The notes: a model not told the origin generated them from the sequence alone. Shown: positions 8,858 to 17,342, numbered from the stretch's first letter. The stretch: 32,000 bases of DNA from Gemmata obscuriglobus (GCF_008065095.1 NZ_CP042911.1:1650001-1682000), one strand, 5' to 3'. A program made the numbers and translations.

Positions 8858-10039
8858 TCAGTCGCTCTTCCTCGGCCGTATGGATAGCGCTTGCCGGGTG
8901 CGTTCGATGGTCGCCCGCAATTCGTCTTCCGGCGGCAGGACCGTGAGGTATTCGGACGCGAACACCTGGGCGTTGATGCCACCCATCGCGTACCGCACGA
9001 CCGTGTCACTCTTCTCGCTGCACAGGATCAGGCCGACGGGCTCGTTCTCACCGGGCTCCGTTAAGTGCTCGCGCGCGTAGTTCAGGTACATGTTCATCTG
9101 CCCCGCGTCGGCGTGGCTGAATGCACCGATTTTTAAGTCAATGACGACAAGGCACCGGAGCCGCCGGTGGAACAGGAGCAGGTCGATTTTGTACCACTGC
9201 GCGTCGATGCGGATCTTCCGCTGGCGCGCGACGAAGGTGAACCCGCGGCCGAGCTCGACGAGGAACCCTTCGAGGTTGCGGATGATCGCTTCTTCGAGTT
9301 CGCTTTCCCCGTACTCGTCCGCCAGATTCAAAAACTCTAACAGGTACGGATCGCGCACCAGGAGCGACGGGTCGATCGCATCTGGTGCCTGCGGGACGTG
9401 GGCCTTGGCGAGCAATTCGCTTTTGTGTTTCGATCCCGCCAGACGCTCATAGAACTGGGTCGAGATCTGGCGGTCGAGTTGGCGCACCGACCACCCGCCC
9501 TTGATCGCTTCTTCTTCGTAGAACTGCCGGGCCGCGGTGCCGGCAACGGTCATCAGCCGGACGTAATGGGACCACGGCAGCGGAAAGGTTTCGGTCGTGA
9601 CCAGTGCTCCCGTCGGCGCCGGTCGGTGTCCGAATTCTCCGCCCGTATCGTGGGTCGCACGGATTTGGAAAAGTCCAGACGGCGTCTGGACTATGTGCCA
9701 GCCGAGGTAAAAGCCGCGGATTTGGAACAGGTTGGACCGCGAGAACCCACGCCCGAATTGCTGGGTCAGGTCCGCCGAAAGCCGCGTGATGATTTCCTCC
9801 CCGTACCCGGCCCGCTCCTTTCCGCCTTGCTCGAACTCAACGATGCGGCGGCCCAGTTCGTAATAGGTCGCGGTCATCACCCCGTTGACCGCCCGGGCCG
9901 TTGCGGCACGAGCGTGAGCGAGAAGTGCGGACAGTTCAGAGAGCAGCCCGTGATACGGTGCGCCCGCGCTGCCGGGCAGAAGCCCCGTCTTCGGCTTCGC
10001 CGGCGTGCGAGATTTGGGGGCAGGTTTCTTTTTGGCCAT
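8858..10039 (-). CDS. YhcG-family PDDEXK nuclease (DUF1016)
   Basis: Starts at ATG 10039-10037 (MAKKKPAPKSRTPAKPK...). N-terminal YYELGRRIVEFEQGGKERAGYGEEIITRLSADLTQQFGRGFSRSNLFQIRGFY. C-terminal IDLLLFHRRLRCLVVIDLKIGAFSHADAGQMNMYLNY, the D..(D/E)LK PDDEXK core typical of DUF1016. Confidence 0.85.
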   Translation of the reverse strand: MAKKKPAPKSRTPAKPKTGLLPGSAGAPYHGLLSELSALLAHARAATARAVNGVMTATYYELGRRIVEFEQGGKERAGYGEEIITRLSADLTQQFGRGFSRSNLFQIRGFYLGWHIVQTPSGLFQIRATHDTGGEFGHRPAPTGALVTTETFPLPWSHYVRLMTVAGTAARQFYEEEAIKGGWSVRQLDRQISTQFYERLAGSKHKSELLAKAHVPQAPDAIDPSLLVRDPYLLEFLNLADEYGESELEEAIIRNLEGFLVELGRGFTFVARQRKIRIDAQWYKIDLLLFHRRLRCLVVIDLKIGAFSHADAGQMNMYLNYAREHLTEPGENEPVGLILCSEKSDTVVRYAMGGINAQVFASEYLTVLPPEDELRATIERTRQALSIRPRKSD

Positions 10040-10370
10040 ACGTGGTTTTCCAAGGGAATCGTCCCGCACGCTATCAGTGCCCGTCAGCAAGGGCAAGTCC
10101 TGACTGTGAACCCTGTATTGGTCCCGGCCACTTGACAAACTGTGGCATGTATTACGGTAACGAGCGCCGGCCATCGCGCTCGCGGCCGTTCGCGACTCGC
10201 TACTACCAGGTCATGACGCGGAGTCAGTGGATGCCGGCGCGGGTCGGAATGGTGATTGAGACACGGCATGCATCGCGCGCGGACGACCGTAAAACGCACC
10301 GGGAAACCGGGCCGGGAAACACTTGGCACGGCTCGTGCATCGGGAGCACGCAACCGCCGTACAATCCCGC

Positions 10371-13019
10371 ATGCTCCGCATCGTCCAGCAGTCCCACGCC
10401 AACGCCGCCAAGGGCTACTACGCCCAGTCCGACTATTACGTCGACGGGGCCGAGTTGCCCGGCGCCTGGGGCGGGCGCGGGGCCGCCCTGCTCGGCTTAT
10501 CGGGTGAGGTGCAGCGCGAGGATTTCCACGCCCTGTGCGACAACCACGACCCGCGGTCCGGGCGGCAGCTGACGGCGCGCACCAAGTCCGAGCGGACGGT
10601 GCTCTACGACTGGAGTTTCGACGTCCCCAAGGCGGTCAGCCTCTTGTATGAGCTAGGCGGTGACGAGCGGATCCTGGACGTGTTCCGGGGAGCCGTGCAG
10701 GACACCATGAACGAGATCGAACCGGAGACCCAAACCCGGGTGCGCAAAGGTGGCGCGGCCGAGGACCGGACCACCGGCAACATGGCCTGGGCGATGTTCG
10801 TACACCGCACCTCGCGCCCGAGCAAAGAGGATCTGAAACCGGACCCGCAGTTGCACGCCCACGTGACCGTGTTCAACGCCACCTGGGATCGGGACGAGGG
10901 CCGGTGGAAGGCGACCCAGCACCGGGACCTGAAGCGCGACGCGCCGTACTGGCAGGAGGCGTTCCACGCGCGGCTGGCGGCGGGGCTCGGGGACCTCGGC
11001 TACGGGATCGAGCGGCGCGGTAAGGACTGGTCGATCGCCGGGATCTCGCCGACCCTCGAAAAGAAGTTCTCGCGCCGTCGGACCGAGATCGACGCGCTGG
11101 CCGAGAAGCTGGGGATGACCGATCCGGCGCAACGGGCCACGCTCGGGGCGACCTCACGACTCAACAAGGTCGACGACGGGATCGAATCGTTGCGCAGCTA
11201 CTGGCGCGGGCGGCTCGACGGCAAAGAGCAGGCGGAACTGGACGGGGTCCGCAAAGCCGCCGAGGGGGGCCTGGCCCCGAGCCGCGCTGTGTCTGTGGAA
11301 GACGCCGTGCGGTATTCGATGGCGCACCACTTCGAGCGGGACGCGGTGGTGCCGGAGAAGCGGCTCCTGGCCGAGGCGCTGCGGTACGGCATCGGGGTGG
11401 TGCGCCCCGAGGGTCTACGGGCGGAGGCCGAGCGCCAGGGGGCGCTGACGACGACCCTCGACGGGCAGCGGGTAACGACCAGCCGGGCGGTACTGGCCGA
11501 GGAGCAGAAGCTGCTCTCCTTCGCCCGCGACGGGCGCGGCACCTGCGTGCCGATCGCCGCCAACCACAGGCTGCGACGGGATTGGCTGAGCGCGGAGCAG
11601 CAAGGGGCAGTGCGGCACGTGCTCGGCTCGTCCGACCGGGTGGTGCTCGCGCGCGGGGTGGCCGGCGCCGGTAAGACCACACTCATCCAGGAGGCGGTCG
11701 AGGAGATCCGCGCCGCCGGACTGCCGGTAGCGGTCCTGGCCCCGACGGCGCTGGCCGCCCGGGACGTGCTGCGCGAGCACTTTGCCGAATCCGACACGGT
11801 GGCCGCGTTCCTGACCGATGAAAAGGCCCAGGCCCGGATGCGCGGGGGCGTAATCTGGGTCGACGAGGCCGGGCTCCTGGGGGTGCACGATCTGGCGCAG
11901 GTGTTTGAGGTGGCGCGGGAGCAGGACGCGCGGGTGGTGCTGATGGGCGACACGCGGCAGCACCGGAGCGTGGCCCGGGGGCCGGCCCTGTCGCTCCTCG
12001 AGTCGCACGCCGGGCTCCCGGTCGCGGAGGTCAAGGACATCCGTCGGCAGAAGGCGGCGTACAAACAGGCGGTCGAACACCTGGCCGCGGGGCGCACGGA
12101 AGACGGATTCGCCGCCCTGGATGTGCTCGGGTGGGTGCGGGAGGCCGGGGAGGATCGCAACGCGACGATCGCAACCGACTATATGGTCGCGACCGGCGGC
12201 GGACAGACGGCCCTGGTGGTCGCGCCCACGCACAAAGAAGGAGAGGCAGTGACGGCGGCCATTCGCGAGCGACGGAAGGCGGCGGGGCAACTCGGCGAAG
12301 AGCGAGCCTTCAATCGGTTGGTGCCGCTCAACCTGACGGAAGCGGAGCGGGCCGACCGGCACGCGTACCGCGGCGGCGAAGTGCTCCAGTTCGTCCGGGG
12401 CGCAAAAGGGCATGTGGCCGGCTCACGGCTCGCGGTCACAGAGCCCGAAGCCGTACCGGTGTCGCTCGCGGGACGGTTCCAGGCGTATCGCCGGGCGGAG
12501 CTGAAGGTGGCCGTCGGAGACGTGATCCGGCTCACCGCCGGGGGCAAGGCGTCCGACGGGTCGCGGCTGTCCAACGGGACCACGTTCACGGTGACCGGTT
12601 TCACGGCCACGGGTGATCTGCAACTCGACACGGGCAAGATCCTGCCGGCCGGGTTCGGGCATCTGGCACACGGGTACGCGAGCACCAGCCACGCGTCCCA
12701 GGGGCGGACCGTGGACCGAGTGCTGATCGCACAGCCGGCCGACACGTTTGTGGCTTCGACCCGAGAGCAGTTCTACGTCTCGGTCAGTCGGGCGCGGAGG
12801 TTGGCCACGATCTACACGGACGACAAGAATGCCCTGCGGGAGGCGGTGCAGCGGGCCGAGTGCCGGGTGTCGGCAACCGATCTGATAGCCTTCCGCGGGC
12901 CGAAACAGCTCAACCGACGAGTGACATTCTTGCAGCGGCTTGCTAGTCTGGCACGCGCGCGACAGTTCGAGGCCGAGCTGGCTCATGCGCGCGACGAGCG
13001 CACCGGACGTGGCGGCTGA
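10371..13019 (+). CDS. MobF-family (TrwC/TraA-like) conjugative relaxase fused to a RecD-like helicase
   Basis: ATG 10371 gives MLRIVQQSHANAAKGYYAQSDYYVDGAE (relaxase motif I with two Tyr pairs). HRTSRPSKEDLKPDPQLHAHVTVFNAT is the His-triad motif III. Helicase Walker A is GVAGAGKTT, Walker B is VIWVDEAGLL, followed by VLMGDTRQH and YASTSHASQGRTVDRVLI. Confidence 0.9.
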   Translation: MLRIVQQSHANAAKGYYAQSDYYVDGAELPGAWGGRGAALLGLSGEVQREDFHALCDNHDPRSGRQLTARTKSERTVLYDWSFDVPKAVSLLYELGGDERILDVFRGAVQDTMNEIEPETQTRVRKGGAAEDRTTGNMAWAMFVHRTSRPSKEDLKPDPQLHAHVTVFNATWDRDEGRWKATQHRDLKRDAPYWQEAFHARLAAGLGDLGYGIERRGKDWSIAGISPTLEKKFSRRRTEIDALAEKLGMTDPAQRATLGATSRLNKVDDGIESLRSYWRGRLDGKEQAELDGVRKAAEGGLAPSRAVSVEDAVRYSMAHHFERDAVVPEKRLLAEALRYGIGVVRPEGLRAEAERQGALTTTLDGQRVTTSRAVLAEEQKLLSFARDGRGTCVPIAANHRLRRDWLSAEQQGAVRHVLGSSDRVVLARGVAGAGKTTLIQEAVEEIRAAGLPVAVLAPTALAARDVLREHFAESDTVAAFLTDEKAQARMRGGVIWVDEAGLLGVHDLAQVFEVAREQDARVVLMGDTRQHRSVARGPALSLLESHAGLPVAEVKDIRRQKAAYKQAVEHLAAGRTEDGFAALDVLGWVREAGEDRNATIATDYMVATGGGQTALVVAPTHKEGEAVTAAIRERRKAAGQLGEERAFNRLVPLNLTEAERADRHAYRGGEVLQFVRGAKGHVAGSRLAVTEPEAVPVSLAGRFQAYRRAELKVAVGDVIRLTAGGKASDGSRLSNGTTFTVTGFTATGDLQLDTGKILPAGFGHLAHGYASTSHASQGRTVDRVLIAQPADTFVASTREQFYVSVSRARRLATIYTDDKNALREAVQRAECRVSATDLIAFRGPKQLNRRVTFLQRLASLARARQFEAELAHARDERTGRGG

Positions 13020-13033
13020 GGGAGGACGGAGCA

Positions 13034-13456
13034 ATGAGCGAGGCAAAGTTCGGCGAGCGGGTCAAGGACGTGCGGCGGATCCTGGCCGAGGTGGCGCCGG
13101 GAGCTGCGCCGGTCGAGGACGACGAGCCACGGCCGTTCGCTTGCGGACGGGTGGGTCATCGGGCGCAGATCGCGGTCACTTTCGCCCGCAAGGACGGGCG
13201 TGCTAAGACGCTCGCGTACAGCCACCTGTACTGCCTGGATACGGACAACCCGAACCTGGGATGCGTGCTCGAGTTCACCCGCCACCGGGTCACCGTGCAG
13301 GGGCGGAACCTGGCCGAGTTGGTCCGGTTACTCGGCGACCACAAGGTGCGGGAGGTGTGCCAAACCGATGAGATGCACGCCCTCGCGCTCGGCCCCAATG
13401 TGCCGGTGGTCACCACCCTTGAGGTGCGTGGCAAACGCGCCGCCGAGGAATGCTAG
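13034..13456 (+). CDS. Hypothetical protein (140 aa) downstream of the relaxase
   Basis: Track ORF. ATG 13034 is preceded by GGAGGAcggagca and lies 14 nt after the relaxase stop. No family recognised. Ends in TAG (13454-13456). Confidence 0.6.
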   Translation: MSEAKFGERVKDVRRILAEVAPGAAPVEDDEPRPFACGRVGHRAQIAVTFARKDGRAKTLAYSHLYCLDTDNPNLGCVLEFTRHRVTVQGRNLAELVRLLGDHKVREVCQTDEMHALALGPNVPVVTTLEVRGKRAAEEC

Positions 13457-13498
13457 ATTTCGAACCCTCAAGCGGGGTGCACGACACCGCACGGTACC

Positions 13499-14137
13499 TT
13501 ACTCCCGCTCGCCTTGACCGAACTCCCGCCCGCCTTGACCGAGAGGTGGGTTGCCGGCCTCGGGCGGAACGCCCGAGAACACGGCCCCGGGCGCGGCGGC
13601 CAGGGATGTCAGCCGCTCCGCCGCGAAGTGCGCCCGTGCGGCATCCGGAGCGTTCCGTTCACTGTGTAGGAACTCGCGATAGGTCGCCTCGAACGACGTC
13701 AAGAAGCTCAGCGCACCGGTGCAGATCTGCTGGAGCTCGAGCTGCTCCGCTCGGCCGGTCGGGACCGCGTACCCCCACGCAATGCGGCACCGGTTGTAGA
13801 CCACGTCCACCACATCCGCCGCACGTCCCCCGACAGTGGCCCGGTAGGCGGGGCCGATCTCTCTTTTGGCTGCGACCCAAACGCCCGAGCGCTGGGCGAC
13901 CAGCACGCACGCGACGGCCAGCACCGCCCCGACCAGGCGCCGCGTCCCGGGGCGCTCGGTGCCGTCCGGTAACCGAACGGGGCCACGAACCAGGCCTAGC
14001 CACGGCTCGTCCGGGCCGGGCGGCCACGACTCGAACAGCCGGGCCAAGTACCCATAGGCAATCGCCATTTCGTAGGCCAGCCGGCGGGCCGGCGGCGGGC
14101 TCGGCCACGCGGCCGCCACGTCCGCGCCGAACAGCAA
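13499..14137 (-). CDS. Hypothetical protein, probably a 5'-truncated remnant abutting the MITE
   Basis: Track ORF (non-ATG start). The frame stays open upstream to the MITE edge at 14167. Protein-like sequence (..RLAYEMAIAYGYLARLFESWPPGPDEPW..YNRCRIAWGYAVPTGRAEQLELQQICTGALSFLTSFEATYREFL). It vaguely resembles C-terminal domains of nucleotidyltransferase-type proteins, but I cannot support a family call. Confidence 0.4.
   Translation of the reverse strand: MLFGADVAAAWPSPPPARRLAYEMAIAYGYLARLFESWPPGPDEPWLGLVRGPVRLPDGTERPGTRRLVGAVLAVACVLVAQRSGVWVAAKREIGPAYRATVGGRAADVVDVVYNRCRIAWGYAVPTGRAEQLELQQICTGALSFLTSFEATYREFLHSERNAPDAARAHFAAERLTSLAAAPGAVFSGVPPEAGNPPLGQGGREFGQGERE
13501..13542. repeat. 21-bp tandem duplication (20/21 identical) at the 3' end of ORF 13499-14137
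   Basis: actcccgctcgccttgaccga (13501-13521) is followed directly by actcccgcccgccttgaccga (13522-13542). It encodes GQGGREF/GQGERE at the C-terminus. Confidence 0.85.
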
Positions 14138-14167
14138 CCGCGCGGCCCGCGCCCAGGTGGCGAACCC

Positions 14168-14332
14168 TAGAGCCTGTTATGAACCTGGAGCGTGTGAAAA
14201 CGCTTTGATTTCAGCGTGACGGCACGTGCGTGCCAGACGGCCGCGCCCCTTCTTCGATGTCCCAGCCCTGCGAAAACGCAAAAACGCCGGGAAAACGAGC
14301 GGCGGGCTCACCCAGGTTCATAACAGGCTCTA
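14168..14332. mobile_element. 165-bp MITE-like non-autonomous element with 21-bp perfect terminal inverted repeats
   Basis: tagagcctgttatgaacctgg (14168-14188) is the exact reverse complement of ccaggttcataacaggctcta (14312-14332). If the outer TA is a target duplication, the TIR is 19 bp (gagcctgttatgaacctgg). The interior has no ORF and carries several GAAAACG-like motifs. Confidence 0.6.
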
Positions 14333-14334
14333 AC

Positions 14335-14962
14335 CGGACCGCGTCGCGCTCCGTGGCGATGAGCGGGCTGACCGGGACCGGGCAGATGGGCAACCCGAAC
14401 AGGTCGTCGAACAGGCGGCTCACCGCCCGCTTGCCCAGGCGGCACGACCCGGTGAGCATGGCGGCCACCGCTTGGGCACGGGGACCGTACCCGGTGACCG
14501 CGTCCGCGGTCACCGGGGCAACGGTGGTAACCCCGCACCGGGGGCACCGGAGCCGATGGCACCGGTACTCGACCACGTGCGGCTTGACGACCGGGGTCTC
14601 GTGCACCTGGTGCACGCGCGGTGTCGGGTCGTCCCCGACCAGCGGGTGTGCGCACCCGCGGCACACGTCCGGCTTGAGGGCCCGCACCTGATCGGGCGGC
14701 AGCAGGTGCGCTCGGCCTTGGGGTGCCCCGGTTGCCCGCCCCGACGCTTCTCCGACGGCCCATTGGGCGGGGCCGGCTTCACCGGCGGGCCATCGGACGA
14801 CGGGGGCTTCGACGAGTTGGTCGAGTTCTGGTTCAACCGGGCCTGGAGATCGGCGACCGTGGCTCGCAACTCCGTCACCGCCGCTTCCAGCGCGCGAATG
14901 TACGCCACCACCGACGGTGGCAGATCGGGTGGCAGGTCCGGCGGTTGAGGAACAGGTGCCAT
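14335..14962 (-). pseudogene. IS66-family transposase, N-terminal fragment with a frameshift, truncated before the DDE domain
   Basis: From ATG 14962: MAPVPQPPDLPPDLPPSVVAYIRALEAAVTELRATVADLQARLNQNSTNSSKPPSSDGPPVKPAPPNGPSEKRRGGQPGHPKAER, the leucine-zipper/NSxNSSKPPSSD/GGQPGH signature. The continuation (LLPPDQVRALKPDVCRGCAHPL..VHQVHETPVVKPHVVEYRCHRLRCPRCG, the zf-IS66 region) is in another frame, switching near 14700-14712. No DDE region follows. Confidence 0.75.
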
Positions 14963-15064
14963 CGCGTCCGTTCGATTACGGAACACCAGCTCGTGAGGCA
15001 ACCCCGCGCCGACGCGAGTAAAAAGACCTGGAAAATGCACAGCTCGCATCCCGTGAATGCTTAC
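14335..15064 (-). mobile_element. IS66-family element remnant (left end and 5' part only)
   Basis: The outer terminus on the minus strand reads GTAAGCattcacggg (15064 downward), matching the conserved 5'-GTAAGC(G) start of IS66-family IRs as I recall it. It contains only the N-terminal third of the transposase and is cut off at the MITE. Confidence 0.65.
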
Positions 15065-15327
15065 AATTCGCGGAAAGTCGTCATGACGCGTTGCGGCTCA
15101 CAGAGACCATGAAAATGGGGGGCAGGCGATCGGTTACACTGATAGGTGGTCCGCCCCGGAGCGAGGCCGCACGGTACTGGTGCTGCAAGCCCGACAGAAA
15201 GTCTGGCCGGACGGTCCCACGACCACGAGACTGTTGCCCCCGGCGCCCGCGGGGAGCACGCCGAGCAGAATGTTCTGACCCCATCGCCGTCCCCGGGGCG
15301 GGCCGCTCTCCTTGAGGAGGATCGGCC
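15065..15327 (+). ncRNA. Candidate bridge RNA (bRNA/seekRNA) region in the IS110 left non-coding end
   Basis: Call by position only: IS110-group elements encode their guide RNA in the 5' non-coding end. By hand I see a 12-bp long-range helix with one bulged A (15118-15130 with 15283-15294). The 7-mer TCCCACG (15215-15221) is complementary to CGTGGGA (16669-16675) at the right junction. Confidence 0.3.
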
Positions 15328-16584
15328 GTGGACACCGTGTACCCGCACTGCGCCGGGTTGGACGTGCACAAGGATACCGTGGTCGCGTGCGTCCGGCACC
15401 ACGATGGCGGCAAGCGGGCTCGCCAGGAAGTGCGCACCTTCGCCACCCACACCCGGGCCCTGGAGGAGCTGGCCACATGGCTGGCGGCCGAGGGCGTCAC
15501 CCATGCGGCCATGGAATCGACCGGGGTGTACTGGAAGCCGGTGTTCAACGTCCTCGACGGCCGGTTCACGCTCCTGCTGGTGAACGCCCAGCACATCAAG
15601 CAGGTACCCGGGCGCAAGGCCGACGTGGCCGACTGCGCCTGGATCGCCCAGCTGCTCCAGCACGGGCTGCTGACCGCCAGCTTCATCCCACCGACCCGCC
15701 AGCGCGAGTTGCGGGATCGGACCCGGCACCGGTCCCAACTGGGGGCCGAGCAGACCGCAGCGGCGAACCGGGTCCAGAAGGTACTGGAGGACGCCAACAT
15801 CAAGCTGGGGAGCGTGGCCAGCGACGTGCTCGGGGTGTCCGGCCGGGCCATGCTCGACGCCATCATCGCCGGGCAGGACGACCCCGCGGTACTGGCCGAC
15901 TTGGCCCGGCGCCGGATGCGGGGGAAGATCCCGTAGCTCCGGGAGGCGCTCCGCGGGCGGGTGACCGAACACCACCGGTTCCTACTCAAGGTGCTCCTGG
16001 AGCACATCGATCAGCTGGATCGGCTGGTGGCCCAACTGGATGCCCGGATCGCCCAGCTCACGGCTCCGGACGTCGAGGCGCTGAACCTGCTGACCACGAT
16101 CCCTGGAATCCAGAAGCACACGGCCGAGGTGCTGCTGGCCGAGATCGGGCCGACCGTCGACCCGTTCCCGACGGCCGGGCGATGCGCAAGCTGGGCCGGG
16201 ATGTGCCCCGGCAACAACGAGAGCGCCGGGAAGCGGCGGACGGGACGCACTCGGCGCGGGAACCGGTAGCTCCGACAGGCCCTGGTGCAAGCCGGGTGGG
16301 CCGCGTCCCACTCGAAGAAGACGTACCTGGGCGCCCGGTACCGGCGGATGGCCCGGCGGCGCGGCGCCAAGCGGGCCCTGCTGGCGATCGGGCATACCCT
16401 ACTGGTGATCGTGTATCAGGTGCTCCGCCATCGGGTGGCATACCAGGAACTCGGAGCCGACTTCTACGACCGGCTCCAACCCGAACGGTTGGCCCGCAAC
16501 CTGGTGCACCGTCTGGAGCAACTCGGACACAAGGTGACCTTGGAGCCAAGCCCGACGCCCGAGCCGGCAGCACTACCGGAGTAA
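15328..16584 (+). pseudogene. IS110-family transposase (DEDD N-domain plus C-terminal Ser domain) interrupted by two in-frame TAG codons
   Basis: Three track ORFs (15328..15936, 15961..16269, 16285..16584) are all in the same frame (1 mod 3). Read through, they give one typical IS110 transposase: GTG start after GAGGAGGA, then VDTVYPHCAGLDVHKDT, MESTGVYW, KADVADCAWIA ... KIP*LREALRGRVTEHHRFLL ... SWAGMCPGNNESAGKRRTGRTRRGNR*LRQALVQAGWAASH. The TAGs are at 15934-15936 and 16267-16269. Confidence 0.85.
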
Positions 16585-16639
16585 TTTTCAGAGCAGTACA
16601 GCTGTGAACGGATACCACGGCGAATTGCAGTCAGAAGTG

Positions 16640-16677
16640 TCAGAGAAAATCCCACGCCCGTTTCCGAGCGTGGGATT
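16640..16677 (-). terminator. Intrinsic terminator-like hairpin after the GP88-like gene
   Basis: aatcccacgc (16648-16657) and gcgtgggatt (16668-16677) form a 10-bp stem with a 10-nt loop. On the minus strand it starts 6 nt after the stop at 16683 and is followed by UUUUCUCU. Confidence 0.45.
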
Positions 16678-16682
16678 CGCGG

Positions 16683-17342
16683 TCACTGCCGCCAACACTG
16701 GCCGCAGTTCCCACAGTTGACCCCGAACCGCTGACCGGCTGGGGCCTCGTTCGGGCACACCAGCGGCAGCGAGAACGTGGGCCGCGCGTCCCGCAGCGGG
16801 TCGTCGCGGAACACCAGGTTCCCGGCCACCGGTTCGTCGACCGCGGTCTGCAACCAGGCCACCCGCGCCCCTTCCGGGAGCGACTCGGGCATGCCCGTCT
16901 CCGCGTCCGCCGAATACCAGGCGCGGACGTTGCCGAACCCGGCCACCTGCGCCAGTACCGGCGTCATCGCCTCCACCCGCCACGAGCGGGTGTAGAAGTA
17001 AAACGTGGCGACCGGGCACCGGTGGAACACCGACGCCCACTTCGCGGCGTAAGCCGCGTCATAGAAGTCGCCGGACACGTGCACCCGCACCACCAGCGCC
17101 CCTTTGGAACGCACCTCGGCGACCATGCGATCGGCGAAGTCCGCCCGGCGGGACTGCCGGAGGCACCACCGCAGCCGGCGGCGCACCTTGTCGGTGCGGA
17201 ACCGCCCGCGGGTGGCGTAACACACCGACTCGCACACCTGCGACCGGCCCGGGCAGGTGCCGACCGCGGGCAGGTCGAAGTGGTGAATCGCCCGGCCCAG
17301 CTTGGCGTTGCCCAGCGCCAGTAGCGAACGTAACGTAGCCAT
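16683..17342 (-). CDS. Cys-rich phage GP88-like protein (family assignment tentative)
   Basis: Track ORF. ATG 17342 follows GAGGAcagag. MATLRSLLALGNAKLGRAIHHFDLPAVGTCPGRSQVCESVCYATRGRF..., ending CPNEAPAGQRFGVNCGNCGQCWRQ. The NxKLG...LPA..tCPG.S..C...CYA opening matches my memory of the GP88 domain family. Confidence 0.6.
   Translation of the reverse strand: MATLRSLLALGNAKLGRAIHHFDLPAVGTCPGRSQVCESVCYATRGRFRTDKVRRRLRWCLRQSRRADFADRMVAEVRSKGALVVRVHVSGDFYDAAYAAKWASVFHRCPVATFYFYTRSWRVEAMTPVLAQVAGFGNVRAWYSADAETGMPESLPEGARVAWLQTAVDEPVAGNLVFRDDPLRDARPTFSLPLVCPNEAPAGQRFGVNCGNCGQCWRQ

Larger units (their letters stand above)
15065..16674 (+). mobile_element. IS110-family insertion sequence (ends approximate)
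   Basis: Contains the DEDD-type transposase gene 15328-16584 with a long 5' non-coding end and a short 3' end, and no terminal IRs, as is usual for IS110. An 8-bp direct repeat ATTCGCGG occurs at 15066-15073 and 16675-16682 and may mark the junctions. Alternatively, the right end may lie left of the hairpin at 16648. Confidence 0.55.

Noticed and set aside
13499-14687. A single ancestral gene running from the IS66 fragment through the MITE into ORF 13499-14137
   Set aside because: Removing the MITE plus one TA does restore a common frame without stops. But that has a one-in-three chance of happening, and stop-free read-through is expected in high-GC DNA. The downstream protein also shows none of the IS66 DDE-domain motifs.
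15934-16269. Genome-wide reassignment of TAG (for example pyrrolysine or a sense codon) to explain the two in-frame TAGs in the IS110 transposase
   Set aside because: TAG appears to act as an ordinary stop for other genes in the window (13454-13456, 18256-18258 on the minus strand, 31795-31797). No pyl-type genes are visible. Local pseudogenisation or context-specific read-through is more parsimonious.
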